From a bacterium (GTDB taxonomy: Bacteria; Bacillota; Clostridia; Oscillospirales; Oscillospiraceae), in the NCBI GenBank assembly GCA_004560375.1, contig SFVC01000012.1, forward strand, positions 9,542 through 73,541: a stretch of 64,000 bases of DNA. The letters are read 5' to 3'. Positions within the stretch are counted from its first letter, which is position 1, and every line of letters starts with the position of its first letter. A program made the position numbers and the translations under genes. Positions 1-11,746 of the stretch are shown in pieces. Below the pieces are notes generated by a model, which had not been told where the DNA came from, did not search any database, and saw only the letters and a list, made by a program, of their open reading frames with translations.

Positions 1-446
1 GTGGACGTGCGTCCCCCGGGCACCTGGAGGGAGCGGCTGATGTCGATGCCCAGCTCTCCGCAGGAGGCGGCGATGCGCTGGGCGTACAGGTCGTCCCCAA
101 AGGCGGTGAGCATCCGCACGTCCAGCCCCAGCAGGGCCATGTTGTGGACAATGTTCCGGCCCACGCCCCCCAGGCTCATGCGAACCACGCCGGGGTTGGA
201 GTCGGCGGGCACCAGAGGCCCGTCGGACACGCCGCCGATGTCCATGTTGATGCCGCCCACCACCACCGCGTAGGGGGCGGAGGTGACGATATAGCCCTTG
301 CCGGCGATGTGGCCCTTTTTCATCAGGTTGGAGATATGCACCGCTACCGACGAGCGGGCGATGCCCGCCCTGTCCGCCAGCTCCTGCTGGGAGATCAGGG
401 GGTTTTCCTCAATCCACCGGAGGATCTGCCGCTCCCGCTGGGTCAT
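1..446 (-). CDS. Winged-helix HTH + PfkB-family carbohydrate kinase (pseudouridine kinase-like); 5' part only, runs off the window
   Basis: Not in the ORF track. My minus-strand translation from the ATG at 446 gives MTQRERQILRWIEENPLISQQELADRAGIARSSVAVHISNLMKKG (wHTH) then YAVVVGGINMDIGG (PfkB N-terminal motif). AGGAG SD and a TTGACA-17-TATGCT promoter lie upstream. Confidence 0.8.
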   Translation of the reverse strand, partial: MTQRERQILRWIEENPLISQQELADRAGIARSSVAVHISNLMKKGHIAGKGYIVTSAPYAVVVGGINMDIGGVSDGPLVPADSNPGVVRMSLGGVGRNIVHNMALLGLDVRMLTAFGDDLYAQRIAASCGELGIDISRSLQVPGGRTS

Positions 447-711
447 GGGCCTCACTCCTAAACTTTTCTTTCTGTTTTAAGCATATGCTTATTTTTCGGG
501 TTTGTCAAGAGAAACTTTCCACTGTTTCCCCATTTTATGGAGCGGATATGGTCTGAAACCACGGCAGGAAAAAGGCTGGCGCGGCAAAGTCCCTTTTTAC
601 CCAAGTGTTGCTGACAAAAAGCTCCGGCGATTTCACTAATGCCATTGCAGGAAGCGTTTTGATATGTTATAATGAAAACAAAAATTTAGAAGTCTATTTA
701 GGGGGGAGTTC

Positions 712-927
712 ATGAACTGTCCATATTGCAACTATGAAATGAAGAAGGGTCTATTATATACAGGACCGAAAGGCGCCCCTTATTGGAAAGAAGATGGGGT
801 AAAGCGAGACATTTTTTCTGAGAAGGGAAGACTGCCAGTGGTGTCTACGCTTTTTGCGAATAAGATACCAACATTTTATTGCAGCTTCTGTAAAAAGTTG
901 ATGATTGATGCAGATTTGCACCTCTGA
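712..927 (+). CDS. Small zinc-ribbon protein (CxxC...CxxC) in an AT-rich patch
   Basis: MNCPYC...FYCSFCKK; GGGGGAG SD; local composition clearly more AT-rich than the flanks. Confidence 0.7.
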   Translation: MNCPYCNYEMKKGLLYTGPKGAPYWKEDGVKRDIFSEKGRLPVVSTLFANKIPTFYCSFCKKLMIDADLHL

Positions 928-1050
928 ACCTTTGATCTAATGAGCAGTTATCTATAGGGATAACTGCTCATTTTGTCATTTCAACGAAAGATTGCTCATT
1001 ATAGACGTTTGGCGACACCGAAGTTAAAAAGGGACGCAGCAAAGGCTTCC

Positions 1051-1079
1051 TTGCTTTTCCAGGCCCGGTGGTGTATAAT
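1051..1079 (+). promoter_or_regulatory. SigA-type promoter of the PrsA-like gene
   Basis: TTGCTT-17 nt-TATAAT. Confidence 0.6.
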
Positions 1080-1133
1080 TATTTTTACGGCTGTCTTCCG
1101 ACTAACTTATGATCTCAAGGATTGGAGCATGAA

Positions 1134-2336
1134 ATGAAAAACTGGAAACGTCTCGCGGCCCTGGCCCTGTCCGGGGCTCTGGCCCTGTCCCTGTGCGCCT
1201 GCGATCTGTCCGGCAAGCCCACGGGCGGCGACCCCACCGGCTCTCCCGGCCTGCCCTCCGCCCAGCCCTCGGGGGATCCCGATCCCACCCCCACCATTGA
1301 GGTGGATCTGTCTCAGGACGCGCTGGCCTTCTCCGCCGGGCTGTCCGGCTCGGAGACGCTGCTCACCGTCAACGGCACCCAGCTGCCCGCGGATCTGGTG
1401 CTCTACTGGCTGGGCATGAGCTGCGGCAACTTCACGTCCCAGTACGGGCTGTTCGGTCTCCAGCTCACCGACAAGCCAGACCCCAACGGGGAGGACACCT
1501 TCGCCGATCTCATGGTGAACAGCACCGCCAATATCGCCGCCTACTACACCGTCTTGCGGCAGCGGGCGGCGGAGCTGGGCTGTCTGCCCACCGACGCCCA
1601 GGTGCAGGCCGCCAGGGACGCCATGAAGCAGGACGGCGAGGACAACTATCAGCTGCTGAAGGACGCCTTCGGCCTGTCCGACGAGTCGCTGGAGTACCTG
1701 TTCCTCACCGGCACCTACTATGACAACGTGGAGGACGCCCTCATCCCCGCCGCCACCGACGAGATGCTGAACAACTACGTCTATCAGGTGAAGCACATCC
1801 TGTTCAAGACGGTGGACGACAACCGCCAGCCCCTGCCCGCGGAGCAGGTGGCGGAGAAGAAGAAGCAGGCGGAGGACACCCTGGCCCAGCTCCAGGGGGC
1901 GGAGGATCTGGCTGCGGAATTTGACCGGCTGATGAACGAGCTCAGCGAGGACGGCCGGGACGAGAGCGGCGCCCTGGGCGCCCCTGACGGGTATACCGCC
2001 ATCCCCGGCGACATGGTGCCCGAGTTTGAGAAAGCGTCCTTCGCCCTGAAGCCCGGGGAACTGTCCGGGCTGGTGGAGTCCAGCTACGGCTACCACATCA
2101 TCCTCCGGGGAGAGGTGGCGGATCTCCAGAGCTACGCCGACGAGTGCCGCCAGTACCTGCTGGATCAGGAGCTGGCCCCCCTGGCGGAGCAGGCGGAGCT
2201 CACCTGGGCCCCCGCCATGGACGGGCTGGACGTGGTGGATTTCTACAGCAAATACTCCGCCTACCAGAGCGCGCTGGCGGCCCAGCGCCAGCCCCAGTCC
2301 ACCCCCGGCCCCGTGGAGAGCGGCGGGGTGGGGTAA
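1134..2336 (+). CDS. PrsA/parvulin-type peptidyl-prolyl isomerase lipoprotein
   Basis: Signal peptide with lipobox LCAC; parvulin motifs VKHIL, MVPEFEKASF, ESSYGYHII. Confidence 0.85.
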   Translation: MKNWKRLAALALSGALALSLCACDLSGKPTGGDPTGSPGLPSAQPSGDPDPTPTIEVDLSQDALAFSAGLSGSETLLTVNGTQLPADLVLYWLGMSCGNFTSQYGLFGLQLTDKPDPNGEDTFADLMVNSTANIAAYYTVLRQRAAELGCLPTDAQVQAARDAMKQDGEDNYQLLKDAFGLSDESLEYLFLTGTYYDNVEDALIPAATDEMLNNYVYQVKHILFKTVDDNRQPLPAEQVAEKKKQAEDTLAQLQGAEDLAAEFDRLMNELSEDGRDESGALGAPDGYTAIPGDMVPEFEKASFALKPGELSGLVESSYGYHIILRGEVADLQSYADECRQYLLDQELAPLAEQAELTWAPAMDGLDVVDFYSKYSAYQSALAAQRQPQSTPGPVESGGVG

Positions 2337-2455
2337 GGCCCCAACCAGTCCCGCGCCCCTTTTTGCCGGGACACGCCCTCCTTCGATGGAATCCGCCTCC
2401 CTGCGGGCGGTATGATGGGGACAACCCCACATACTAAAGCAGGGAGGCGGTTTTT

Positions 2456-3247
2456 ATGTCCCTCTTTCCCAAGATGTCCAAACGGCAGGTGCTGGATCTG
2501 CCGGTGGGGGCCATCCGGCCCAATCCGGGCCAACCCCGGCGGGAGTTCCAGCCCGACGAGCTGGCGGAGCTGGCCCAGTCCATCCGGCAGGTGGGGGTGC
2601 TCCAGCCTCTGTCCGTCCGGCGCACCCCCACGGGCTGGGAGCTGGTGGCGGGGGAGCGCCGGCTGCGGGCGGCCAAGCTGGCGGGCCTGCCGGCGGTGCC
2701 CTGCCTGCCGGTGGAGGCGGACGGGGAGACGTCGGCGCTGCTGGCCCTGGTGGAAAACCTCCAGCGGAAGGATCTGGACGTGTGGGAGGAGGCCGCCGCC
2801 CTGCGCCGCCTCATGGAGCAGGGCGGGCTCACCCAGGAGGAGGCGGCCCGCCGGGTGGGCAAGAGCCAGTCGGCGGTGGCCAACAAGCTGCGGCTGCTCA
2901 AGCTGCCCCAGGACGTCATCGACACCCTCCGCGCCCACCACCTCACCGAACGCCACGCCCGGGCGCTGCTCCGGCTGGACAGCCCGGAACGGCAGCGCCT
3001 GGCGGTGGAGTACATCTTGAAGCACCAGCTCAACGTGGCCAAGACGGAGGAGTACATCGACCGCCTGTGCGGCGGGCGGAAGCTGCCCCGGACGGCCAAG
3101 CCGGTGTATAAGATCCGGGACGTGCGGCTGTTCCTGAACACGGTGAACCGGGGGCTGGCGGTGATGAAGTCCGCCGGGGTGGACGCGAAATGCGGCCGGG
3201 AGGAGACGGACAGCGAGATCACTTTGACCATCCATATCCCCAAATGA
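2456..3247 (+). CDS. ParB/Spo0J/Noc-family protein
   Basis: PNPGQPRREF, LVAGERRLRAA, ENLQRKDL, HTH GKSQSAVANKLRLL; no adjacent parA. Confidence 0.9.
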   Translation: MSLFPKMSKRQVLDLPVGAIRPNPGQPRREFQPDELAELAQSIRQVGVLQPLSVRRTPTGWELVAGERRLRAAKLAGLPAVPCLPVEADGETSALLALVENLQRKDLDVWEEAAALRRLMEQGGLTQEEAARRVGKSQSAVANKLRLLKLPQDVIDTLRAHHLTERHARALLRLDSPERQRLAVEYILKHQLNVAKTEEYIDRLCGGRKLPRTAKPVYKIRDVRLFLNTVNRGLAVMKSAGVDAKCGREETDSEITLTIHIPK

Positions 3248-3278
3248 CAACGCACTCGGCGCCGTAACCGGCCGCACG

Positions 3279-3354
3279 GTAGGGGAGGGGCTTGCCCCTC
3301 CCGTCTTGAAGGGTCAGAAACCCTTTTCCCGGGAGGGGCAAGCCCCTCCCCTAC
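3279..3354. repeat. GTAG-type REP doublet (REPIN-like), intergenic
   Basis: Perfect 25-bp inverted pair gtaggggaggggcttgcccctcccg (3279-3303) / cgggaggggcaagcccctcccctac (3330-3354); each unit is itself a palindrome. Confidence 0.8.
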
Positions 3355-3394
3355 ACTCGTGGAACGACCCTGCGGATTGTTAACCCCTACACAA

Positions 3395-3424
3395 GAAGAA
3401 CCCCCGCCGATGGCGGGGGTTCTT
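3395..3424. terminator. Bidirectional intrinsic terminator between convergent genes
   Basis: aagaacccccgcc-gat-ggcgggggttctt hairpin. Confidence 0.65.
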
Positions 3425-3443
3425 ACGGTTTCAGGAAAATGCT

Positions 3444-4097
3444 TTAATCAACCATGCTCTTGGGCTCGCCCTTGACGATCAGGGTGGCCTCGGTGGCGGC
3501 CTGCACCTGCTCCACGGTGAACTCGGGGTTGATCTCCACCAGCTCCAGGCCCTCGGGGGTGACGTCGATGACGCACATCTCGGTGATGATCTTGCTGACG
3601 CAGGTCTTGGTGGTCAGGGGGAGGGTGCACTCCTTCAGGATCTTGGGCTCGCCCTTCTGGGTGTGCTCCATGGTGACGATGACCTTCTTGGCGCCGGCGC
3701 ACAGATCCATGGCGCCGCCCATGCCGGGCACCATCTTGCCGGGGATGATCCAGTTGGCCAGGTTGCCCTTCTCGTCCACCTGGAGGGCGCCCAGCACGGT
3801 GGCCTTGACGTGGCCGCCGCGGATCAGGCCGAAGGAGGTGACGGAGTCGATGAACGCGCCGCCGGGGGCCACGGAGGAGGAGGAGCCGCCCGCGTCGCAC
3901 ACGTTGAAGTCGTTGACCTCGGGCTTGGCGCCGGCGCCGGCCATGCCCAGCTCGGCCTCCAGGATGACGTGCACATCATTGGGCAGGTAGGAGGGGATCA
4001 TGGTGGGCAGGCCGATGCCCAGGTTGACGAAATCGCCGTCCTTGAACTCTTTGGCGGCCCGCTTGGCGATAAAGCCCTTAATCATTCCCTTTTCCAT
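3444..4097 (-). CDS. atoA: 3-oxoacid/acetoacetate CoA-transferase subunit B
   Basis: VNLGIGLPT, IRGGH, LGALQVDEKGNLANW, PGMGGAMDL; adjacent to subunit A and thiolase. Confidence 0.88.
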   Translation of the reverse strand: MEKGMIKGFIAKRAAKEFKDGDFVNLGIGLPTMIPSYLPNDVHVILEAELGMAGAGAKPEVNDFNVCDAGGSSSSVAPGGAFIDSVTSFGLIRGGHVKATVLGALQVDEKGNLANWIIPGKMVPGMGGAMDLCAGAKKVIVTMEHTQKGEPKILKECTLPLTTKTCVSKIITEMCVIDVTPEGLELVEINPEFTVEQVQAATEATLIVKGEPKSMVD

Positions 4098-4780
4098 TAG
4101 TTCTTACCTCCCACAATATAGTTCACCAGGACGCCCTGAATGAGAACCTCATCGGGGTCGAGCATCTCCACGATGTCGTCGGCCTGGCAGATGACCGTGT
4201 CGGCGGCGGTGGCCATCACGGTGTTGAAGTTGCGGGCAGTGCCGTGGATCTTCACGTTGCCGTACTTGTCGGCCACGGAGCCGTAGATGAGGGCCACGTC
4301 GGCGTGGACGGGCCGCTCCAGCAGGTACTCCTTGCCGTCGATGGTGATGGACTCCTTATTGCCGGTGCCGGAGGCATCCTCGGAGCCCACGCCCACGGGG
4401 GTGCCCAGGCCGGTGGGGGTGAGCACGCCGCCCAGGCCGTAGCCGGCGGCGCGGATCTTCTCCGCCAGGGAGCCCTGGGGCACCAGGGTGACCTTCATGG
4501 TGCCCTCGTTCATCATCTGGCCCACTTCCTTGTTCATGCCGATGTGGGTGGCGATGAGGTGCTTGACCTGGCCGTTGTGGATCAGCTCGTGCAGACCCAG
4601 CATACGGCCGTTGGGCAGGCCGCCGTCGTTGCAGATGATGGTGAGATCCTTCACGCCGGAGATGGCCAGGGCGTGCAGCAGCTTATCGGGGGCGCCGCAG
4701 CCCAAAAAGCCGCCCACCATAACGCTCATCCCGTCCTTCACCAGGGCGGCGGCCTCTTTGATTGATGTAATTTTGTTCAT
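4097..4780 (-). CDS. atoD: 3-oxoacid/acetoacetate CoA-transferase subunit A
   Basis: VKDGMSVMVGGFLGCG, PQGSLAEKIRAAG, TPTGLGT, ARNFN. Confidence 0.88.
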   Translation of the reverse strand: MNKITSIKEAAALVKDGMSVMVGGFLGCGAPDKLLHALAISGVKDLTIICNDGGLPNGRMLGLHELIHNGQVKHLIATHIGMNKEVGQMMNEGTMKVTLVPQGSLAEKIRAAGYGLGGVLTPTGLGTPVGVGSEDASGTGNKESITIDGKEYLLERPVHADVALIYGSVADKYGNVKIHGTARNFNTVMATAADTVICQADDIVEMLDPDEVLIQGVLVNYIVGGKN

Positions 4781-4890
4781 GACACAGAATTACCTCCCAA
4801 ATATTCATTTGCGGCCTGGGCGGGCACGGGCCCGCCCAGACTGAGGGACCGATGTTGTCACGCTGCGCCTGTTCGCGACGCGGTTCTAAT

Positions 4891-6150
4891 TCAGCACTTC
4901 TCGAAGATGGTAGCGACGCCCATGCCGCCGCCGATGCACAGGGTGGCCAGGCCGCGCTTGGCCTCGGGCCGCTTCTGCATCTCGTGGAGCAGGGTGACGA
5001 TGATACGAGCGCCGGACGCGCCCACGGGGTGGCCGATGGAGATGGCGCCGCCGTTGACGTTGACCTTGGCCATATCAAAGTTCAGCTCACGGGCCACGGC
5101 GATGGACTGGGCGGCAAAGGCCTCGTTGGCCTCCACCAGGTCGATGTCGTCGATGGTCAGGCCGGCCTTCTTCATGGCCTCCTTGGAGGCGGGCACGGGG
5201 CCCACGCCCATGATCTTGGGATCCACGCCGCCCTGGCCCCAGCTCACCAGCTTGGCCATGGGCTTCAGGCCGTACTTCTCCACCGCCTCGCCGGAGCACA
5301 GCACGATGGCGGCCGCGCCGTCGTTGATGCCGGAGGCGTTGGCGGCGGTGACGCGCTGGACGTGCTTGTGGGCGTCGGCCTCATGGACGCCGGTGAGGTC
5401 GAAGGTGTGGACGATCTCGTTCTCCACGCCCTCGGGGCCCACGGGGAAAGCGCCGCGCAGCTTGGACACGGACTCCTTGGTGACGCCCGCCTTGGGGTAC
5501 TCGTCCACCTTGAACTCCACCATTTCCTTCTTCTTCTTGATCATCACGGGGACGATCTCAGCCTCGAACTTGCCGGCCTTCTGGGCGGCCTCGGTCTTCT
5601 GCTGAGAGCTGGCGGCGAACTCGTCCAGCTCCTCCCGGGTGATGCCCCAGACGTCGCAGATATTCTCGGCGGTGGTGCCCATGTGGTAGTTGTTGTAGGC
5701 GTCCCACAGGCCGTCGTTCACCATGGTGTCCACCATCTTGGTGTTGCCCATGCGGGCGCCCATGCGGGCGGAGGGGACGGAGTAGGGGGCCATGGTCATG
5801 TTCTCGGTGCCGCCGCAGACGATGACGTCCGCGTCCCCGGCCAGGATGGCCCGGGCGCCCTCGATGACGGATTTCATGCCGGAGCCGCACACCATACCCA
5901 CGGTGTAGGCGGGCACGGAGAAGGGCAGACCGGCCTTCACGCCCACCTGGCGGGCGGGGTTCTGGCCCTGACCGGCGGTGAGGATGCAGCCGAACATCAG
6001 CTCGTCCACCTGGTCGGGCTTCAGGCCCGCGCGCTCCAGGGCGGCTTTGACGACGACGGCGCCCAGGTCGGACGCGGGGGTATTGGCCAAGGAGCCCTGG
6101 AAGGCGCCCACCGCCGTACGGCAGCAGCTTACGACAAATAAATCTTTCAT
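4891..6150 (-). CDS. thlA: Acetyl-CoA C-acetyltransferase (thiolase)
   Basis: VCGSG (catalytic Cys), NEAFA, GHPVGASG, CIGGGMG; start placed at ATG 6150 after GGAGG. Confidence 0.93.
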   Translation of the reverse strand: MKDLFVVSCCRTAVGAFQGSLANTPASDLGAVVVKAALERAGLKPDQVDELMFGCILTAGQGQNPARQVGVKAGLPFSVPAYTVGMVCGSGMKSVIEGARAILAGDADVIVCGGTENMTMAPYSVPSARMGARMGNTKMVDTMVNDGLWDAYNNYHMGTTAENICDVWGITREELDEFAASSQQKTEAAQKAGKFEAEIVPVMIKKKKEMVEFKVDEYPKAGVTKESVSKLRGAFPVGPEGVENEIVHTFDLTGVHEADAHKHVQRVTAANASGINDGAAAIVLCSGEAVEKYGLKPMAKLVSWGQGGVDPKIMGVGPVPASKEAMKKAGLTIDDIDLVEANEAFAAQSIAVARELNFDMAKVNVNGGAISIGHPVGASGARIIVTLLHEMQKRPEAKRGLATLCIGGGMGVATIFEKC

Positions 6151-6417
6151 GATCAACAACCTCCAAATAGAAATGTAAATTTGTGCGGGGATAACGCTAA
6201 CCATAAAAAAGTATATACTCTTCCGCCCAAAAAATCAACAGGAAAACGAAGGTTTTTGTGAAAAAAAGCTACCGAAGCCCCGGGGGCCGGAAAAAACCGC
6301 TTGTGATTGCCCCCGTGATGCCGTATAATGGGAAAAGCGGGCGCCGGTTGCCGCCGCGGCTGCGGAGAGGGCGGCAGGGGGCTGGGGCCCTGACTGCGTG
6401 GAAAAGAGGAGAGGAAC

Positions 6418-8638
<2,221 letters not shown>

Positions 8639-8707
8639 GCGGGAGAGCCTGAAATCAGAAACAGCGGCGGGAGAAGTTTTCTCCCGCCGCTGTCTTGTGC
8701 CTTGCGG

Positions 8708-11320
8708 TTATTTGCGTGCCCGCCGGACGGCCTTCTCGATCTCGCAGATCACCAGCGGCGTCAGGGACAGGCCCAGCACCACCAGCCACTCCACCCCGGT
8801 GAGGGAACACACCCGAAAGATGGCCTGGAGGGGGGGCGCCAGCAGCACCAGGAGCTGCAAGCCCATGCCCACCAGGAACGCCTTGTTCATGGCCGGGTTG
8901 GACAGCAGGCCCAGGTGGGCGATGGACTGGGTCTCGCTTCGCACGTCGAAGGCGTGGAACAGCTGGCAGAAGGTCAGCGTGGCGAAGGCCATGGTGTTGG
9001 CGGTGGCGTCCGCCAGGGTGGGGTCGCTGAGCACGTACTCCCCCAGCCAGTAGGCCGCCAGGGTGAGCAGGCCCACCATCACCCCCTGCCACGCCAGCCG
9101 GAAGGAGAACGCCTTGTCGAACAGAGGCTGGGAGGCCGGGCGGGGCTTTTCCTCCATGACGGTGGGCTCCACCGGCTCCATGCCCAGGGCCAGGGCGGGC
9201 AGGGAGTCGGTCACCAGGTTGAGCCACAGCAGCTGCACTGCCACCAGGGGCTGCTGGTGGAAGTTGAACAGGGTGGCCAGGAACAGGGTGATGATCTCCC
9301 CGATGTTGCAGGACAGCAGGTAGTGGATGGCCTTCTTGATGTTGGAGTAGATCCCCCGGCCCTGCTCCACGGCGTTGACGATGGTGGCGAAGTTGTCGTC
9401 GGTGAGGATCATGTCCGCCGCGCCTTTGGCCACGTCGGTGCCGGTGATGCCCATGGCGCAGCCGATGTCGGCGGCCTTCAGGGCGGGGGCGTCGTTCACC
9501 CCGTCCCCGGTCATGGCCACCACCATGCCCTTCTTCTGCCACGCCTTCACGATCCGCATCTTGTGCTCCGGGGACACCCGGGCGTAGACGGAGAATTTGT
9601 CCACGTCCTGCTCCAGCAGCTCCTGGGGCATGAAGTCCAGATCCTCCCCGGTGATGGCCAGGTCGCCGTCCCGGAAGATGTCCAGCTCCCTGGCGATGGC
9701 CACGGCGGTGAGCTTGTGATCCCCGGTGATCATCACCGGGCGGATGCCCGCCCCGTAGCACTGGGCCACCGCGTCCTTCACCTCCATCCGGGGCGGGTCG
9801 ATCATGCCCACCAGCCCCACAAAGGTCAGCTCCGTCTCCAGCGTCTCCGAGTTCAGATCCCCGGGCAGCGCGTCCAGGTCCTTGTAGGCGCAGGCCAGCA
9901 CCCGCAGGGCGTGCTCGGCCATGTCGGCGTTGGCGGCGGCGGCGTCCCGGGCCAGGGCCGCGTTCAGGGGCACCTCCCCCCCGGACAGCGCCCGGGTGCA
10001 CCGGGACAGCAGTACGTCGGGGGCGCCCTTCACCATCACCCGGTACTTGCCGTTCAGGGGGTGTACCGTGCTCATCAGCTTCCGGTCGGAGTCAAAGGGC
10101 AGCTCCGCCACCCGGGGCAGCTCCCGCTCCAGGGCGTTTTTGTCCAGCCCCTCCGCCAGGGCCGCGTCCACAAAGGCGGTCTCGGTGGGGTCGCCGGCGG
10201 TCTTGCCGTCGGGGGAGAGCACCGTGTCGTTGCACAGCGCCCCGATGGTGAGCGCGTCCCGGCGGTATTTGTCCCCGGGCGTCCACACCCGCTGGACGGT
10301 CATGCGGTTCTGGGTCAGGGTGCCCGTCTTGTCCGAGCAGATCACCCCGGCGCAGCCCAGGGTCTCCACGGCGGGCAGCTTCTTCACAATGGCGTTGTGC
10401 TTTACCATCCGCTGCACGCCCAGGGCCAGCACGATGGTGACGATGGCGGGCAGGCCCTCCGGAATGGCGGCCACCGCCAGGGAGACGGCGGCCATCAGCA
10501 TCTCCAGGATGGGCCGGTGGTAGAGCAGGCCCACCCCGAACATGACGGCGCACACCGCCAGGCACACGAAGGACAGGGTCTTGGAGATCTCCGCCATCTT
10601 CCGCTGGAGGGGGGTGTCCCCGTCCTTCTCCCCCAGCAGCATTCCGGCGATGCGGCCCACCTCGGTGTCCATGCCGGTGTCCGTCACCACGCAGACGGCC
10701 CGGCCGTTGGTGATCACCGTGGACGAGATCACCATGTTCACCCGATCCCCCAGCACGGTGCCCTCGGGCAGGGCGTCCGCCGCCTGCTTGTTCACCGGCA
10801 CGGACTCGCCGGTCATGGCGGACTCGTCCGCCTTCAGGTTGGAGCACTCCAGGATGCGGGCGTCGGCGGGCACCAGATCCCCCGCCTCCAGCACGATGAT
10901 ATCCCCGGGCACCAGGGCGTCCGTCTCCAGCCGGATCTGCTCCCCGCCCCGGATGACCTTGGCCAGGGGGGCGGACATCTTTTGCAGGGCCTCCAGCGCC
11001 TTTTCCGCGCTGTTCTCCTGGGAGATGGAGATGACGGCGTTTACCAGCACGATGACCAGGATGATCACGGCCTCCACCCAGTCCTCCCCGCCGGAGGAGA
11101 TCAGGGACAGCACCGCCGCCGCCAGCAGCACCAGGATCATGGGATCCCGGAGCTGGTTGAGGAAGCGGAGCCAGAGGGGCTCCTTTTTGGCCCCGGACAG
11201 CTTGTTGGGGCCGTACTGCTCCAGCCGCTCCTGGGCCTGCCGGGGGGACAGGCCGGACTGGCGGTTGGTGTCCAGCTCGGACAGCACCTGCCGGTCGGAC
11301 TTGGCGTACCATTGGCTCAT
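8708..11320 (-). CDS. P-type IIA cation (Ca2+/Mn2+)-transporting ATPase
   Basis: TGES, PEGL, DKTGTLT, KGAPD, TGDGVNDAPAL; start at ATG 11320 after AAGGAG. Confidence 0.92.
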   Translation of the reverse strand: MSQWYAKSDRQVLSELDTNRQSGLSPRQAQERLEQYGPNKLSGAKKEPLWLRFLNQLRDPMILVLLAAAVLSLISSGGEDWVEAVIILVIVLVNAVISISQENSAEKALEALQKMSAPLAKVIRGGEQIRLETDALVPGDIIVLEAGDLVPADARILECSNLKADESAMTGESVPVNKQAADALPEGTVLGDRVNMVISSTVITNGRAVCVVTDTGMDTEVGRIAGMLLGEKDGDTPLQRKMAEISKTLSFVCLAVCAVMFGVGLLYHRPILEMLMAAVSLAVAAIPEGLPAIVTIVLALGVQRMVKHNAIVKKLPAVETLGCAGVICSDKTGTLTQNRMTVQRVWTPGDKYRRDALTIGALCNDTVLSPDGKTAGDPTETAFVDAALAEGLDKNALERELPRVAELPFDSDRKLMSTVHPLNGKYRVMVKGAPDVLLSRCTRALSGGEVPLNAALARDAAAANADMAEHALRVLACAYKDLDALPGDLNSETLETELTFVGLVGMIDPPRMEVKDAVAQCYGAGIRPVMITGDHKLTAVAIARELDIFRDGDLAITGEDLDFMPQELLEQDVDKFSVYARVSPEHKMRIVKAWQKKGMVVAMTGDGVNDAPALKAADIGCAMGITGTDVAKGAADMILTDDNFATIVNAVEQGRGIYSNIKKAIHYLLSCNIGEIITLFLATLFNFHQQPLVAVQLLWLNLVTDSLPALALGMEPVEPTVMEEKPRPASQPLFDKAFSFRLAWQGVMVGLLTLAAYWLGEYVLSDPTLADATANTMAFATLTFCQLFHAFDVRSETQSIAHLGLLSNPAMNKAFLVGMGLQLLVLLAPPLQAIFRVCSLTGVEWLVVLGLSLTPLVICEIEKAVRRARK

Positions 11321-11397
11321 GTGGGCAACACTCCTTTTGATCCATCTCATGATATCAAAGAACCGGGTCGAATGATCGGGAAGGGACAAGCGGAAAT

Positions 11398-11526
11398 GAA
11401 AAAAGACTTACCCACAGCGTTAGGCTGCGGATAAGTCTTACCGTTTCCGATGCCACCAGAGCCGGAGGGCTCTTGCTGTTGGCGCGCACCACGGGGTCAG
11501 GCCCCGCCGGTTACTCCCCTATCGTG
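11398..11526 (-). ncRNA. yybP-ykoY (Mn2+-sensing) riboswitch with overlapping terminator
   Basis: Minus strand reads GATAGGGGAGTA...GCCAACA...GGTAAGACTTATC; P1 GATAGG/CTTATC. The 3' arm of P1 overlaps the terminator AAGACTTATCCGCAGC/GCTGTGGGTAAGTCTT-Un. Promoter TTGACA(11561-11556)-17-TATCAT. Lies upstream of a P-type ATPase, a typical context for this class. Confidence 0.8.
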
Positions 11527-11746
11527 AGGAGAATGATACCAGAATCCGGGGTGGTTGTCAAGGGGGCGGGACTGACAGGTTCCCGGGGAGTGACAAAAGA
11601 CTGAAAAGGCAAAGACAAGCCGCCCGGCGGCGGCACTTATTTTTTAATAAGGAATCGGGAAGTTCGCCCTTGCTTTGCCTCCGGTTTCCTGATATAATAC
11701 TTTGTCATGCTGTGCGCGGCAGATTTTGGTATCGGAGGCGGGGCGG

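Noticed and set aside
6175..6280. Rex operator upstream of the thiolase operon
   Set aside because: Only half-site matches (TTGTG); no convincing palindrome.
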